Under the pieces are notes generated by a model that saw only the letters and a program-made list of their open reading frames with translations, did no database searches and had not been told where the DNA came from. DNA of 64,000 bases, from assembly GCA_013265495.1 (NCBI GenBank), contig MU058636.1, positions 9,294,239 through 9,358,238 of the forward strand, given 5' to 3'. Shown here in pieces: positions 63,325 through 64,000 of this stretch. This DNA is from Vicugna vicugna. Taxonomy: Eukaryota. A program made the position numbers and the translations under genes. Positions within the stretch are counted from its first letter, which is position 1, and every line of letters starts with the position of its first letter.

Positions 63325-63864
63325 TGAGAAACTGAACATGCAGATGGACAATGGCTGGGCCATATGTGGAAACAGAACTGAGCCACCACTTGCCCAAAAC
63401 AAGCCAACCCCCTTATCTACATGAACAGCCCAGGAGGCCAGCCTGCTAGAGGAAAGACTTCCAGGGGGCCAGATTGCCATCCCTAGTAACAACCCAGGAA
63501 GCTAAGCAATTACCTCCACGGCATTCAGCCCCGAAAGGCCAGGACCTAATTAGCACTTGACAGTTTTTTAACTTTTGTCCCCACTTCCAACTTAGAACCA
63601 ACAGAGAAAGCTCAGACAGGCCCTTAACCAATCACAGAGGATGCGTGCTCCTGTCAGCCTGCCTACAGCTTCCCCATGCCGATGGCCTCCACTCAGGATG
63701 GACGAGAGCCTTGCTTTTACTCCACTATAGAGCTTTCCCATTCCTCTGCCTGCCTTTGAGCCTCTGTCAAAAGCAAGTGATGGTGGTTGACTCCTGTGCT
63801 GTAGCAAGCTCTGAATAAATGCCCTCAGCTTTTCTCATTAGGTTGGCCTTTATTTATTTCCACA
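63325..63864 (+). mobile_element. ERV1-class solo LTR (MER90/MER110-like)
   Basis: TG...CA termini with 4-bp TSD cttt / cttc. CCAAT box (aaccaatcac), TATA-like ctataga and polyA signal gaataaa in the expected order. Confidence 0.7.
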
Positions 63865-64000
63865 CTTCTAACTTCCAAGAGGAGTGTGACAACTCGTGCA
63901 GGGTCTCTGGGGCTAACGAATGTGGTCCGAATGAGAAAGTCAAGGGAATACTGAAGTGTTCCATTGCAGAAATTATCAAATATTTCAAGCTGATAATGTA

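Noticed and set aside
1..64000. CRISPR array, operon or other prokaryotic system
   Set aside because: The sequence is repeat-rich mammalian DNA with no long ORFs or regularly spaced repeat-spacer arrays.

Overview
This is mammalian nuclear DNA, most likely camelid (alpaca/llama/camel). Two tRNA-Ala-derived SINEs matching my recollection of the vic-1 family are present, together with a matching L1 3' tail, and I saw no Alu, Bov-tA/BovB, PRE-1, CanSINE or B1/B2 elements. I recognise no protein-coding gene, true tRNA/rRNA gene or CRISPR array. The supplied ORFs are either chance frames or decayed retroelement frames (ERVL gag, L1 ORF2, L3/CR1 reverse transcriptase). The window is intergenic or deep intronic and contains many old transposable elements: an internally deleted ERVL-type provirus with nested insertions, many MaLR/MLT and ERV LTRs, L1/L2/L3 fragments, MIRs and two DNA-transposon MITEs. 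Unique stretches between them carry candidate enhancer motif clusters. I cannot support a novel biological system. The best leads are a CpG-rich ancient LTR, an orphan L1 5'UTR, a SINE/L1-tail chimera, several motif clusters, and weak signs of a minus-strand spliced transcript including a 24-nt microexon candidate. Repeat family names come from recalled consensus sequences rather than a database search, and boundaries without TSDs are approximate.
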